DNA of 64,000 nucleotides from Eledone cirrhosa (lineage: Eukaryota), in contig OZ024752.1 of assembly GCA_964016885.1 (NCBI GenBank), positions 45,570,001 to 45,634,000 of the forward strand, read 5' to 3'. Both the position numbers and the translations under genes were made by a program. The number at the start of each line of letters is the position of its first letter. Position 1 is the stretch's first letter. This document shows, in pieces, positions 43,452 to 54,306 of this stretch. Below the pieces are notes generated by a model. The model was not told where the DNA came from. It saw nothing but the letters and a program-made list of their open reading frames with translations, and did not search any database.

Positions 43452-43678
43452 GGCGCGTGGCTGAGCGGTTAGAGAATTTGATTCGCAATCTTGAGGTTGT
43501 GAGTTCGATTCCCATACCCATGTGTTATGTCCTTGAGCAAGACACTTTATTTCACGTTGCTCCTTCTACCTGGAGTTGCGACCGATAGATAGTACTAGCA
43601 ATTGGAAAGCCCTATGGAAACATTGTTTCCTCGGTCCGATTTGACGAAAGTCGATCGACTGTCTATATATATATGTGT

Positions 43679-43771
<93 letters not shown>

Positions 43772-43820
43772 ATAAGAAAATGCGAAGTAGTTTCAGATGT
43801 TAAAGTCCTTTATTGATACT

Positions 43821-43895
43821 GCTGTGATACATATTTCAATGACAACAGTGGCCACGCGATTCCACCTAACCAGTGCCGTGATCTCATCAGACAGC
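43821..43895 (-). ncRNA. type I hammerhead ribozyme
   Basis: GCTGT CTGATGA GAT...ATT GAAAT ATGT ATC ACAGC, then AATAAA 6 nt later. Confidence 0.7.
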
Positions 43896-43948
43896 TTCTT
43901 ACATACGAGGCAATTCAAATTAAAACGACAAGGGGACGGACAAAGATG

Positions 43949-44022
<74 letters not shown>

Positions 44023-44293
44023 TTATATATATATATGAGAAAAGTCAACAAAGAAAAAAAACTAATATATATATCAATGATGATATATATTAGTTTAAAG
44101 TTTTGGACATTAGTCCTTCATCGGAAGACAGAATGAGGGAGAGAAGAAGAAATAGAAAAATAAACGAGTGTAAGAATGTAACTTGAGCTCAGTTGATGAG
44201 GATAAAGATTGTCTGTTTACTACATTGAATCTTTGAATCTTTACACCTGTTCCCTTCATTCAATTCTTAACTCACATCGGTTTTATTCGATGT

Positions 44294-46657
44294 TTATTCG
44301 CCGGAGTTTCTCTCAGAACCCGAATCATCTATCAATTCTGTGGTTATCCAACGAATTTCTCGACGTATGTCTTCCTGTGAAGTCGACACAAAGACACTAA
44401 TGACAGGATTTTTTTGAATTTCTTCCTCTGTCGGTTCTTCTTCGAATTTAAAGATTATTAGAGGACCATCGTATGAAGGATCGTCTCCTTCTGTTTCTTC
44501 GTCTTCTTCTTCTTCTTCCTCTTCTTCTTCTTCCTCTTCTTCTTCTTCTTCATCTTCATCATCTTCTTCTTCTTCTTCTTCTGCTTCTGGTTGTTCTTCT
44601 ACAATTTCTGTAATTTCAGGAGGAACTTCCACACACACGTCAATGACTCTGCTACATGTTGTATTTTCCTCGGTATTTGTTTCTATTTCTTTTATCAATG
44701 TCTCTTCTTGTTCCGGACGATTTTTCAGTCTATCACAGATTTGATCCATATCACTTAACAGTCTTTCTGCTTTCTCTCTCATCTCGTTGCAATCCTCACT
44801 TCTCGTTGAATCAAATTGTGGCGGCATTTCTTCATTTGTACATATATCATTATTTGTGTATGCGCACGGAGGAGTCTCGTTTTTTAGTGGTTCTATATCA
44901 ACTTTGTGTTTTATCTGATCGCCGTTACTCAACGGTGGAACTATATTCTCTGATCCCAGCTCAGTAGCTCTTTGCCGCATTTTCTGAACATCTTTTAAGA
45001 TATTCTCCACCTTTTGTATTGTTGTTACGTTCGTTTCTTTGTTTTTTTCAACTACGTTCTCTTTTGACAATACCATACGTCCATCGTTTGAATACATTTT
45101 GCTCAACCTGTCACAGATTCTATTCACATCCTCCAGAAGATGTTCTACTTTTTCTATTGTGTTTGAATCACTGCTTGAATTTGTGCTTTCCAGAATTGCC
45201 GGCAACTGCTTAGAGTTTTTATTAACATTTATGTCTGTCTTTATTGTGAAATCGCCTGTCCCAGTTTCTCCTGCTGTATCACTTTTGAAAATTTCTCTTA
45301 AAGTCCTAATATTCTCCACGTCTGGTGAAGTAAAGAGATTTCGAAGACTGTCATTGACATTAAAAGTCATTCGTAAACTTTCGGTACCATCGCCGCAGTT
45401 TAAATGTTGCAATGACAATTTTTGTTCAATAGGATTTACCACTAAGGACATATTATCCCACGCCCTAACAAGACAGTTAGTGTAAGTATCGAAGCATTCA
45501 TTATGTTTTGCGGGAGTTTCAACTTCACTTCTACTAACTGAATTATTATCATTATTATTATCATCAGGCCTTTTACTCGCCTCATCCGACCACGTTACAC
45601 CTTTTTTTATTAATACTTCATCATAATCTGAACGTCCTCCCTTCATCAGTAGCTGAGCCTCTGTTGAAAAACACCACAAAACAGGATTAGAAGGAATTTT
45701 GTACATTGAATTGCCGCGAGTCTTCAAGAAATTATCCATATTCATACCCGTTCGTGTATCTTCAGGGTCAATGCCGCGTGGTTCATGTTTTCGTGGTTTA
45801 CAGTCTACGCATTTTGCTATACGATGAAGCTTTCCATTCCTACAAATAGAATGGATGACGGGACAGTTTGATAAAACATTCTCATAATAGTTCTTTGTTA
45901 GTTCACTCATCAATGGTAAGAGTCTGAATTCACTTGCACCCATCATGTGAAATCTGACAGTTTTTGCCAATCTCAGAAAACATTTCATTCTATTCATTGG
46001 ATCATAATAAATCCATTTCAATATTCCATCTAAAACCTGGATCTCCCATTCTACAGCTAAATTGTCATTTGATAGCAAGTAGATTGTCTTACTCTCGGTT
46101 AACTTGTTGAACAGCTCGTGTCTGTAGACATTCTGGTAATTGAGTAAAAGGTAATTTATGGCAGCTCGAAAGATTTTGTGGCTTGGAGGATTGTGTTCAA
46201 GTGCAATAATTCCAAAGGCATCCTCGATGTTCATTTTCATGATAAAGTTTTGGCATAATTTCTGTACATTGTCCATCTCCAGTTTACTGGCAGCCCCTGA
46301 TATTGCGATGATATTAGAGGCATCAATATCGATCTTCCCTGTATAGGCGTAATCCAATAGTATCTGAAAAATATCTGGATCGATATCATTTAGCTTCAAG
46401 GATATTTGCTTATTCAATGGTTCCTGTTGTATCAACCGTTTAAATACTTGGCTGTGACAAACAAGGATTGTCTGGTGAGCAGTGAATATTCTATCGGCCA
46501 CCTTTATAGTGAGATTACACAGATAATCTGTCGACCGAAACATTTGCATCATCATACACGTATTCATGGTTTGAACTAAAGCTTTCTTGTCAACTGTGGA
46601 AGCCACATCGCCGGTTGAGTCGGACGATTCTTGAAACTTGGATTCAACAGATCCCAT
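44294..46657 (-). CDS. BTB/POZ-BACK domain protein (787 aa) without kelch repeats; acidic low-complexity C-terminus
   Basis: Only long complex ORF. BTB motifs LCNLTIKV..F.AHQTILVCHSQVF and LLDYAYTG. BACK motifs LLSNDNLAVEWEIQV..WIYYD and VRFHMM. AATAAA overlaps the stop and a second follows at 44282-44287. Confidence 0.9.
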   Translation of the reverse strand: MGSVESKFQESSDSTGDVASTVDKKALVQTMNTCMMMQMFRSTDYLCNLTIKVADRIFTAHQTILVCHSQVFKRLIQQEPLNKQISLKLNDIDPDIFQILLDYAYTGKIDIDASNIIAISGAASKLEMDNVQKLCQNFIMKMNIEDAFGIIALEHNPPSHKIFRAAINYLLLNYQNVYRHELFNKLTESKTIYLLSNDNLAVEWEIQVLDGILKWIYYDPMNRMKCFLRLAKTVRFHMMGASEFRLLPLMSELTKNYYENVLSNCPVIHSICRNGKLHRIAKCVDCKPRKHEPRGIDPEDTRTGMNMDNFLKTRGNSMYKIPSNPVLWCFSTEAQLLMKGGRSDYDEVLIKKGVTWSDEASKRPDDNNNDNNSVSRSEVETPAKHNECFDTYTNCLVRAWDNMSLVVNPIEQKLSLQHLNCGDGTESLRMTFNVNDSLRNLFTSPDVENIRTLREIFKSDTAGETGTGDFTIKTDINVNKNSKQLPAILESTNSSSDSNTIEKVEHLLEDVNRICDRLSKMYSNDGRMVLSKENVVEKNKETNVTTIQKVENILKDVQKMRQRATELGSENIVPPLSNGDQIKHKVDIEPLKNETPPCAYTNNDICTNEEMPPQFDSTRSEDCNEMREKAERLLSDMDQICDRLKNRPEQEETLIKEIETNTEENTTCSRVIDVCVEVPPEITEIVEEQPEAEEEEEEDDEDEEEEEEEEEEEEEEEEDEETEGDDPSYDGPLIIFKFEEEPTEEEIQKNPVISVFVSTSQEDIRREIRWITTELIDDSGSERNSGE

Positions 46658-47523
46658 CTCATACTACTGAATAAGGATCATAGATGGATATTCACACAGT
46701 GTTATATATGTGTGTGTGTGTGTAAAGAGATAGGGGGTGGTGGTGCTTGAACGAGTACAGGGCCTTAGTAGATGGATGTAGACAACTACATATAAACAGA
46801 CAGACAGACAGACAGATAGATATGTATGCGCGTGTATGTATTCTTAAGGTGTAAGTCTAGCACTGGTTTTTTTTTTTTTTTCACAATATGGTCGACACAA
46901 AGGATAGGAAGCTAGAATTACTCTGTCACCAACAGTGTAAATAGGGAAATAAGAAAAGAAATGGTGTGTGTGTGTATATTGTATGGCGCTGGTTGTGTAT
47001 AATATATGTCTGTATATATAGGTAGATATAACATATAATATATATACACTATATAACAAATATATTATACATAAGCAATTCCTTTTGACTCAAGCAAAAT
47101 ACATCCCATGTTATCCCATATTGTATAGAGATATGAAGAGATGATTTGATTAACAATCCATGATTTTGAGTTTTTCTTCTTGCTAATTTTTTTTTCAATT
47201 TCTTTTCAAAATATTGTAGTCAAAGGAGTCGATATACGCAACAACCGGGGATTAAAAAGACAGACAAGTATAGTTAAACATGCGATATCTATCTTGTATA
47301 TCTGCTCAAATAAAGAAGTGTATCTTTTATAATACGCTTTTGTTTTGAATTTCCAAGACAATCACGTGATGTGTGAAGAGCGCCAAAACTAAGAATGGCT
47401 TTGACATAGATTCAGCTAACGTCTACCACGTGACTCGTCTTTCACATCACACAACTCTAACTCTTGATATTTTCATTCTACACTTTCCGTTGAAGTACAC
47501 ACACGCACGCACACGCACGCACG

Positions 47524-47733
<210 letters not shown>

Positions 47734-48092
47734 TATTGTTATACTTGGGGAGGGTCATATTGTTGTAATAATATTGCCAGAATTAATAACAGGACACACG
47801 ATTTCATATAAAAAAAACCTCGCAAAATTAATTTATTAAAATATATACATGTGAAAGGTAAACAGAAATAACAACACAATCGGTACAGTACATGGAAGGA
47901 ATATATTAGGTTAACGCTTGAAATAGCAGGACAGGAAGAGAGTATTAACGTTTCGGACGCTAGTCCTTCATCAGAAGAAAGAATGAGAAATATAATAGAT
48001 TGAGGGGACGGGCGGGTTGGAATTGGAAAAATCTTCCCCTACATCTTTACAGTTTTTTTTTAATATTTGAAGACCAAGTTCGTTATATATAT

Positions 48093-48252
48093 ATGCCCCT
48101 ACATGGACACACTAGAAGAGGAATACCAAGGTTAACGTATGTTGATGCCCTGAGGACAGACACTGGTCTGTTGGAGACGCAGGACATGGCAGCGATAATG
48201 AGGGACAGAGACCGCTGGAGAGAACTCGTCCATGGATCTCGGGAATTTTACC

Positions 48253-48254
<2 letters not shown>
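48093..48254 (+). mobile_element. 3' fragment of RTE-clade LINE
   Basis: PLHGHTRRGIPRLTYVDALRTDTGL...MRDRDRWR resembles RTE ORF C-termini. Ends in (CT)n. Confidence 0.65.
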
Positions 48255-48345
<91 letters not shown>

Positions 48346-49350
48346 AAAAACAAAAAGCAAAAACAATAACGAAGAGTGCAGTACGAACAGTGTTGGTATT
48401 AGGTTCACGCTTGAGAGTGAGTGGGGGGACGACGTTTCGGGCATAAGCCCTTCATCGGGAGAAAAGTGGGAAGGAAAAGAGTTCCGAGGGTATGAGAGGG
48501 AGTGGTGGAAAGACATTAAAAGGGGGTTTGTGGTAGAGTCTGTAGCAGTGGAGACTTCCTGTGTTATTGGCCTCCAGACCACATCCTTACTCACTGCTAT
48601 AGGGGCGCAGGTGTGAGTCCCGCGAGGTGGACTGGTTGTTCCAGCGCGTCTCCCTCACCGTTCCCGAGGCAATGTGTTCTCCATCCTGTCACCCGGGAAC
48701 CAGAGTTAGTTACGAGTGGAGGATACTCGTTTGGATGTCACCTTTACACATGTATTGAGTGCTTGTTTGTAATTTTATTTATATAACTGTGAATAATAAA
48801 ACTCCATTAAATGAAAGCAAAAAAAGATAATAATAAATAAATAAATAAATATTGTATTAAAGGAAATGTAACTCTGCCATTTGTTGTAGGAGTTATTCCC
48901 CTTGTTTATAAGTTAAATTCTATATTATATGCCGAGGGTAATTTTTTTAGAGCTTAAACTTTGAGCATTTAAAATGCAAGTATATAAAACATTTTACATA
49001 GAATTTTAAATAGAATTTTAATCAATATTTTATATTTCAAGTTTTTTAGACTTTATTTGTATTTATTGGTATTTGAGCTCAGAACGTAAAAGACCGACGC
49101 TCTACCAATACTGCCAATCCATATAAAGTGTACAGTTTTTTTTTTCTACTGTATATTTTATATTTTATTCAGAATTAAAAGATATTGTCTGACATTAATT
49201 TCGTTAAATCACAGTATTTTTAATTTCTTCTCATTATTAGTTTTATTTTCAAGTATGTCCATAATCGGCAAGTTTGACGAATTCTTGCAATAAATTAATA
49301 TCTTATAATTTATTTAAGAAAATAACTCAAATATTAGTAGTAATTATTAG

Positions 49351-49411
<61 letters not shown>

Positions 49412-50574
49412 AAGTTTTATTTAAATTGTTGGGTTACAACGAGTAAATATTTATAACTGATATAAAAGCACTCAACAAGTATTTGGAGTATATTTACGAT
49501 ATTAAATAAATGGAAACTATATTTATAAAACCATATTTATTTCATTATATATATTGCAGGGATATCATATTAAAAATATGGTATGCCTTCATCAGACAAA
49601 ATACAATATAAACAGTCTTATAAATAGATAGATTTGACATACCTTACAACTTCAACTTCCATTTAAAAAGTTGATTTGGTAGTGAAAAATGTTAGGGACA
49701 GTTATAAAAAGAAAGAAAGAAAGAAAGAAAGCGAAGAAAAAGAAGAAATACATGCAACGAAAAACAGAGAGAGATAGATATAGAGAGATAGATAGAGAGA
49801 AGAAATTCATGTAAAGAAAAAACAGAGAGAGATAGATAGAGAGAGAAAAAAACACAGAGGGAGATAGATAGAGAGAGAAAAAATAGAGAAGTTTTTTTTC
49901 TCAGTTTTTTTATCTCAGCTATAAACCTAGGAATTTTAAACTAGACATATGATCATTATTTTTCACACATTATTGATACGTGTCTCATTCATGAATACTG
50001 ATATTTACATTATAATACGATTATATTTACATTATAATATTCATACGAATTGATATTTTTAGATAGATGAAACATAATGTTTTAAATCTGCCTCGTTTAT
50101 CTCTGGATATTTTTCTTTTCTCTCTATGTAACGGCTGTTTTCTCTCCTAACCACATATATCTCTCTCTACCTTAATACTAGAACTAACTAACTAAATAAA
50201 TAAATAAATATATCATTGATACGTCATTCAACTGGTGCCCAACTACCTATTTTCTTTCTCTCTATCTCTATCTATACCTATCTCTCTCTATTTTTTCTCT
50301 CTCTCTCTCCTCTCTCTCCCTCTCTCTATCTATCTCCCTCTGTGTTTTTTTTTCTCTCTCTATCTATCTCTCTCTGTTTTTTCTTTACATGAATTTCTTC
50401 TCTCTATCTATCTCTTTATATCTCTCTCTCTCTGTTTTTCGTTGCATGCATTTCTTCTTTTTCTTCGCTTTCTTTCTTTCTTTCTTTTTATAACTGTCCC
50501 AAACATTTTTCACTACCAAATCAACTTTTTAAATGGAAGTTGAAGTTGTAAGGTATGTCAAATCTATCTATTTA

Positions 50575-51102
50575 CTAGCAGTAAAGCCCGGCGTTGCTCG
50601 GGGTCGCTCAGTAGCTGTGTTAAAGTTACAATGTTAAGTTTCTTTTTTGGCTTAAAAACTGTAGTGTCTACTGTGCAGACTTGCATGTGGTGTTTTTGAT
50701 TAATATTCCCTCAACCAACAATATGCCTTATGAAGTTAAGAAAACATAACGATAACCCGAATGTTATAACAAAATAGGATGCTGGGGATAAAAACTGCAC
50801 TGGTTATTTATTAACAAAGATCGAAAATGTAAACACTGCAACACAGAGAAAAACAACGTAAGACGCTCAATGTAAACAGAACAAAGGGAAATAACTCGTC
50901 ACTTACGCTCAAAAATCGATACATTAGATTCAATTTCGTCACATAGGGTGGGTCAATTTGAAATATTTTTTTTTCCGATGTCTTCGCTAGGGCTCAATGT
51001 ACAAGTATAGCAATTTCGGTGCAATTCCGTCAGAGATTCTAAGAGGAGATGTGTGCCAAAAATCGATAGACAGACAGACAACCTCAGCTTTATATATATA
51101 GA
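50575..51102 (-). mobile_element. non-autonomous Helitron (528 bp)
   Basis: On the minus strand: A|TCTATATATATAAAG...(TGTC)n...CCCGAGCAACGCCGGG hairpin...CTAG|T. No TSD; the empty site is preserved at ~49611-49638. Confidence 0.85.
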
Positions 51103-51120
51103 TAAGACTGTTTATATTGT

Positions 51121-51184
51121 ATTTTGTCTGATGAAGGCATACCATATTTTTAATATGATATCCCTGAAATATATATAATGAAAT
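51121..51184 (+). ncRNA. type I hammerhead ribozyme (mutated mirror copy 49539-49602)
   Basis: ATTTTGT CTGATGA AGG...CCT GAAAT ATAT ATA ATGAAAT(AAA). Confidence 0.7.
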
Positions 51185-51224
51185 AAATATGGTTTTATAA
51201 ATATAGTTTCCATTTATTTAATAT

Positions 51225-51303
<79 letters not shown>

Positions 51304-51470
51304 AGGAGGTTATAGTTCACTTGAAGCATTGTGTAATGAGGTATAAACGTTAGAATATGTTTAATAAGGCCAAGACAATGCAGGTATGGACATAGAAAAA
51401 AGAATGCAATAGTGAAAGATATTGATGTGAATTCGTCTTTCACCTTGAATTTATTTAAATGTCCTATATA

Positions 51471-51522
<52 letters not shown>

Positions 51523-51558
51523 CGAATAATATATACATATATATATATAGTTCGAATA

Positions 51559-51589
<31 letters not shown>

Positions 51590-51819
51590 GTTCGAATAAT
51601 ATATGTAGGTATGTATATATATGTATATCATGTTTAATATAGAAATGGCTTCTACACTCTACTAACGTATTGAGTACCTTACTTAGTGTAATTGCCCCCG
51701 ATTGAACCCGGGACTCACATATAAATATTCATAATTAGAAATATATATATTCTAAAATAAAAGGAACATTATATAACATATTTCTATATATTTTTAGATT
51801 ATTCGAAACTATAAACAGG

Positions 51820-51901
51820 AGACCAATCGGAAGTTGTCAAGATTACTTGCCCTTAGTTACCCAGAATCCCGTATGTCTTTCTTTTTCCGCTGATATCCAC
51901 C
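51820..51901 (+). promoter_or_regulatory. RPL18: RPL18 promoter / 5'TOP start
   Basis: CCAAT, CGGAAGT (ETS), TTACCCAGAATCCC (Staf/ZNF143-like), pyrimidine tract CTTTCTTTTTCC, Kozak CCACCATG. Confidence 0.75.
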
Positions 51902-51904
51902 ATG
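51902..51904 (+). CDS. RPL18: 60S ribosomal protein L18 (eL18), coding exon 1 (ATG only)
   Basis: ATG|GTGAGT donor; joins exon 2 in frame. Confidence 0.9.
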
Positions 51905-52029
51905 GTGAGTATCTGCTAGTTTCTCATGAGAAACTTTTCGACTTTAATCTAACGAATCTGTTGTTAATTTCACCAAAATGATTTTACTCAGTTTTATTAA
52001 TCACTCGTATTTTGTATATCTACTGACAG

Positions 52030-52116
52030 GGTATCGATATTTGCCATCGATTCGAGAGGAAAGTGAAGAGAACAGAACCGAAAAGTAGTGATATATATCT
52101 CAGGTTACTCGTCAAG
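52030..52116 (+). CDS. RPL18: RPL18 exon 2
   Basis: ACAG|[29 protein letters not shown]|GTAAG matches the eL18 N-terminus. Confidence 0.97.
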
Positions 52117-53534
52117 GTAAGATCGCCACATGCGCCTTAATCTTCATTTCTTTTATGTCTATATTTTTTTTCGTAAGTCATTTTTGTCATATTTTGATAA
52201 ATGTATGAAAAATATGTTCATAACTTTCCACCGTACTCCATCTTAGCCCCTAAGTGGGAGAACTATTATCTCGAGATAAATTTCGTTCAACTTGAAGGCC
52301 GATCCGCGTGTGTGTATATATATATATATATATACACACACATATATTTGTGTGCGTATACAAGATGATATATATGTAGTATATATGATATTTTAATATG
52401 TTCACATGAAATGGTGATCTAATTGGGATGATATATTAACTAAAACCAATTGTTAATTATGTTATGAAGCTAATTAGCGATCACGGAAAGGGTGTAGAAG
52501 GTATATTGTGGTATTGATTATTCCCACCGTGGGGTCCCATAAGATTCTATATTTGTGACTGTTTTTTTTCACTATATTTCTGATAAGAAAAGTTAATATA
52601 GAAGACGACAGCACGTGTTTGAATATTAGATGAGGAAGCTGCTTCCATCTAAATAAGTTCTTCGTAATTTTAAAATAAAATGACTTTTATAGATGATTGT
52701 AGATATGTCTAGTCCCAGATCAGTGTTTATGGAGGTGACTTGTGATTTTAAACCCTCATCTTGATGGTTAAATACCTGACAGTGCAACATGGGTCCCCAC
52801 TACGGGCGGTGTTTACTGTTATATAAATATTTTGATTGCCCCATTAATATTGTTTCTTACACATGTGGCTCTAATAATTTATATTAAAACTGTTTATATT
52901 GCCAGAATCGGTAGAGGGTCGGACGCTGTGTTTTACAGCATTGAGTTACGGACCTTAAAATAAAGTACCAGTTATACACTGGAGTAATTGCTGGCCTTGT
53001 GCATAGAGTTACGGCCCTTGCCTTTCATTCTTACGAGGTCGATATAATAAAAGTACCAGTAATACACGAGTAATTGCTGGCCTTGTGCATAGTTACGGCC
53101 CTTGCCTTTCATTCTTACGGGGTCGATATAATAAAAGTACCAGTAATACACTGGAGTAATTGCTGGCCTTGTGCATAGAGTTACGGCCCTTGCCTTTCAT
53201 TCTTACGGGGTCGATATAATAAAAGTACCAGAAATACACTGAGGTAATTGCTGGCCTTGTGCCAAAAGTAGAACCAGTTATTAAGGTAAACCCGACCCTA
53301 AGACTTAACTAGGGTTAATTTATTAAAATATTACATCTTGATAATAGATCTGTAGGAACCCCCCAACCACCAGGCCACTACATTTGGTATAGTTAACCCT
53401 GGGTTAGTGTCCTTAGTCTTCTATTATATACTAATTAAACCACGTGTTACCATCAATAATTGTTGTGAACTACATGGCAATATTTAGATATGTCAAGATG
53501 AAGTCCTAATGAGGAATTAAATGGTATTGTGATG

Positions 53535-53618
53535 TCTCTCCAAATGAGGAAAAAAAGATTCATATTTTTTTTTTATATATATATGCTGACTATCAGGATC
53601 ACCCAACTGATGGAGAGA
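53535..53618 (+). ncRNA. box C/D snoRNA-like, variant A (also 55507-55590, 57479-57562, 59451-59534)
   Basis: Stem TCTCTCCA/TGGAGAGA, C-like ATGAGGA, C'-like ATGCTGA, guide CAGGATCACCCAA, D box CTGA. D' box lost. Confidence 0.6.
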
Positions 53619-54236
53619 ACATTTCTTTACCTTTTGAGAATCTAGACATATTAGGGGATATTCCTACATGGCAGTGTCATTTTGTGGAGATTCTTTGATG
53701 TAAAATCCTTCTGAATAATTCCTGTCCTGAAATAGAAAACTAGGATATGTACCTACCTAATGAGTCTTCAGTTTAGGACAGACTTTAACTACTAAAGTAA
53801 TTATCAAGGCCTCTATTCTGGTTATCGAAGAATATTGTATGCCAATTAATTAGCATGTTTATCTTTGAGATTTTTGAAGATTATATATTTAAAGCTAACT
53901 AGGCATACAGCCAAAATATTTCACCCTTTACCTGGAAACACCTGGTTTTATACAGAGCTGCACCGTTTAAAGTGCCCCTACTTCCCTTCGCTGTAAAAAA
54001 AAATTTTATCAAATCTATGAGCTAGTATAAATTGTAGTTAAAATCTCCCCAATTTTTAAAAACATGAAATGAAAAGGCTTAAAGGAGTTCTTTTCTTTGT
54101 ATCAAATATAACCACTTGCTATCTGTTCTCTGCGTGAGACAAGATTTAATCCTTTAATCCAGTTGTGGGCTGGTTTACTGACAGGTGTTTGTATATTGCT
54201 GCAAAGAGCATGGTATGTGTGTAGGGAGGGGTAAAG

Positions 54237-54306
54237 TGTCTCCAATGAGGAAGGAAAAATTCTGACTTTAGTGCTGACCAACAGGATCACCCAACTGATG
54301 GAGACA
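54237..54306 (+). ncRNA. box C/D snoRNA-like, variant B (also 56209-56278, 58181-58250, 60153-60222)
   Basis: Stem TGTCTCCA/TGGAGACA, C ATGAGGA, D' CTGA, C' GTGCTGA, D CTGA. Intronic, on the host strand. Confidence 0.75.

Larger units (their letters stand above)
49497..51227. mobile_element. large hammerhead-bearing fold-back element interrupted by a Helitron
   Basis: 49497-49880 is inverted to 50315-50574 + 51103-51227. Confidence 0.8.

Noticed and set aside
48112-48720. Possible Penelope GIY-YIG coding remnant upstream of the 48.4-kb hammerhead
   Set aside because: No recognisable endonuclease or RT motifs in the translation.
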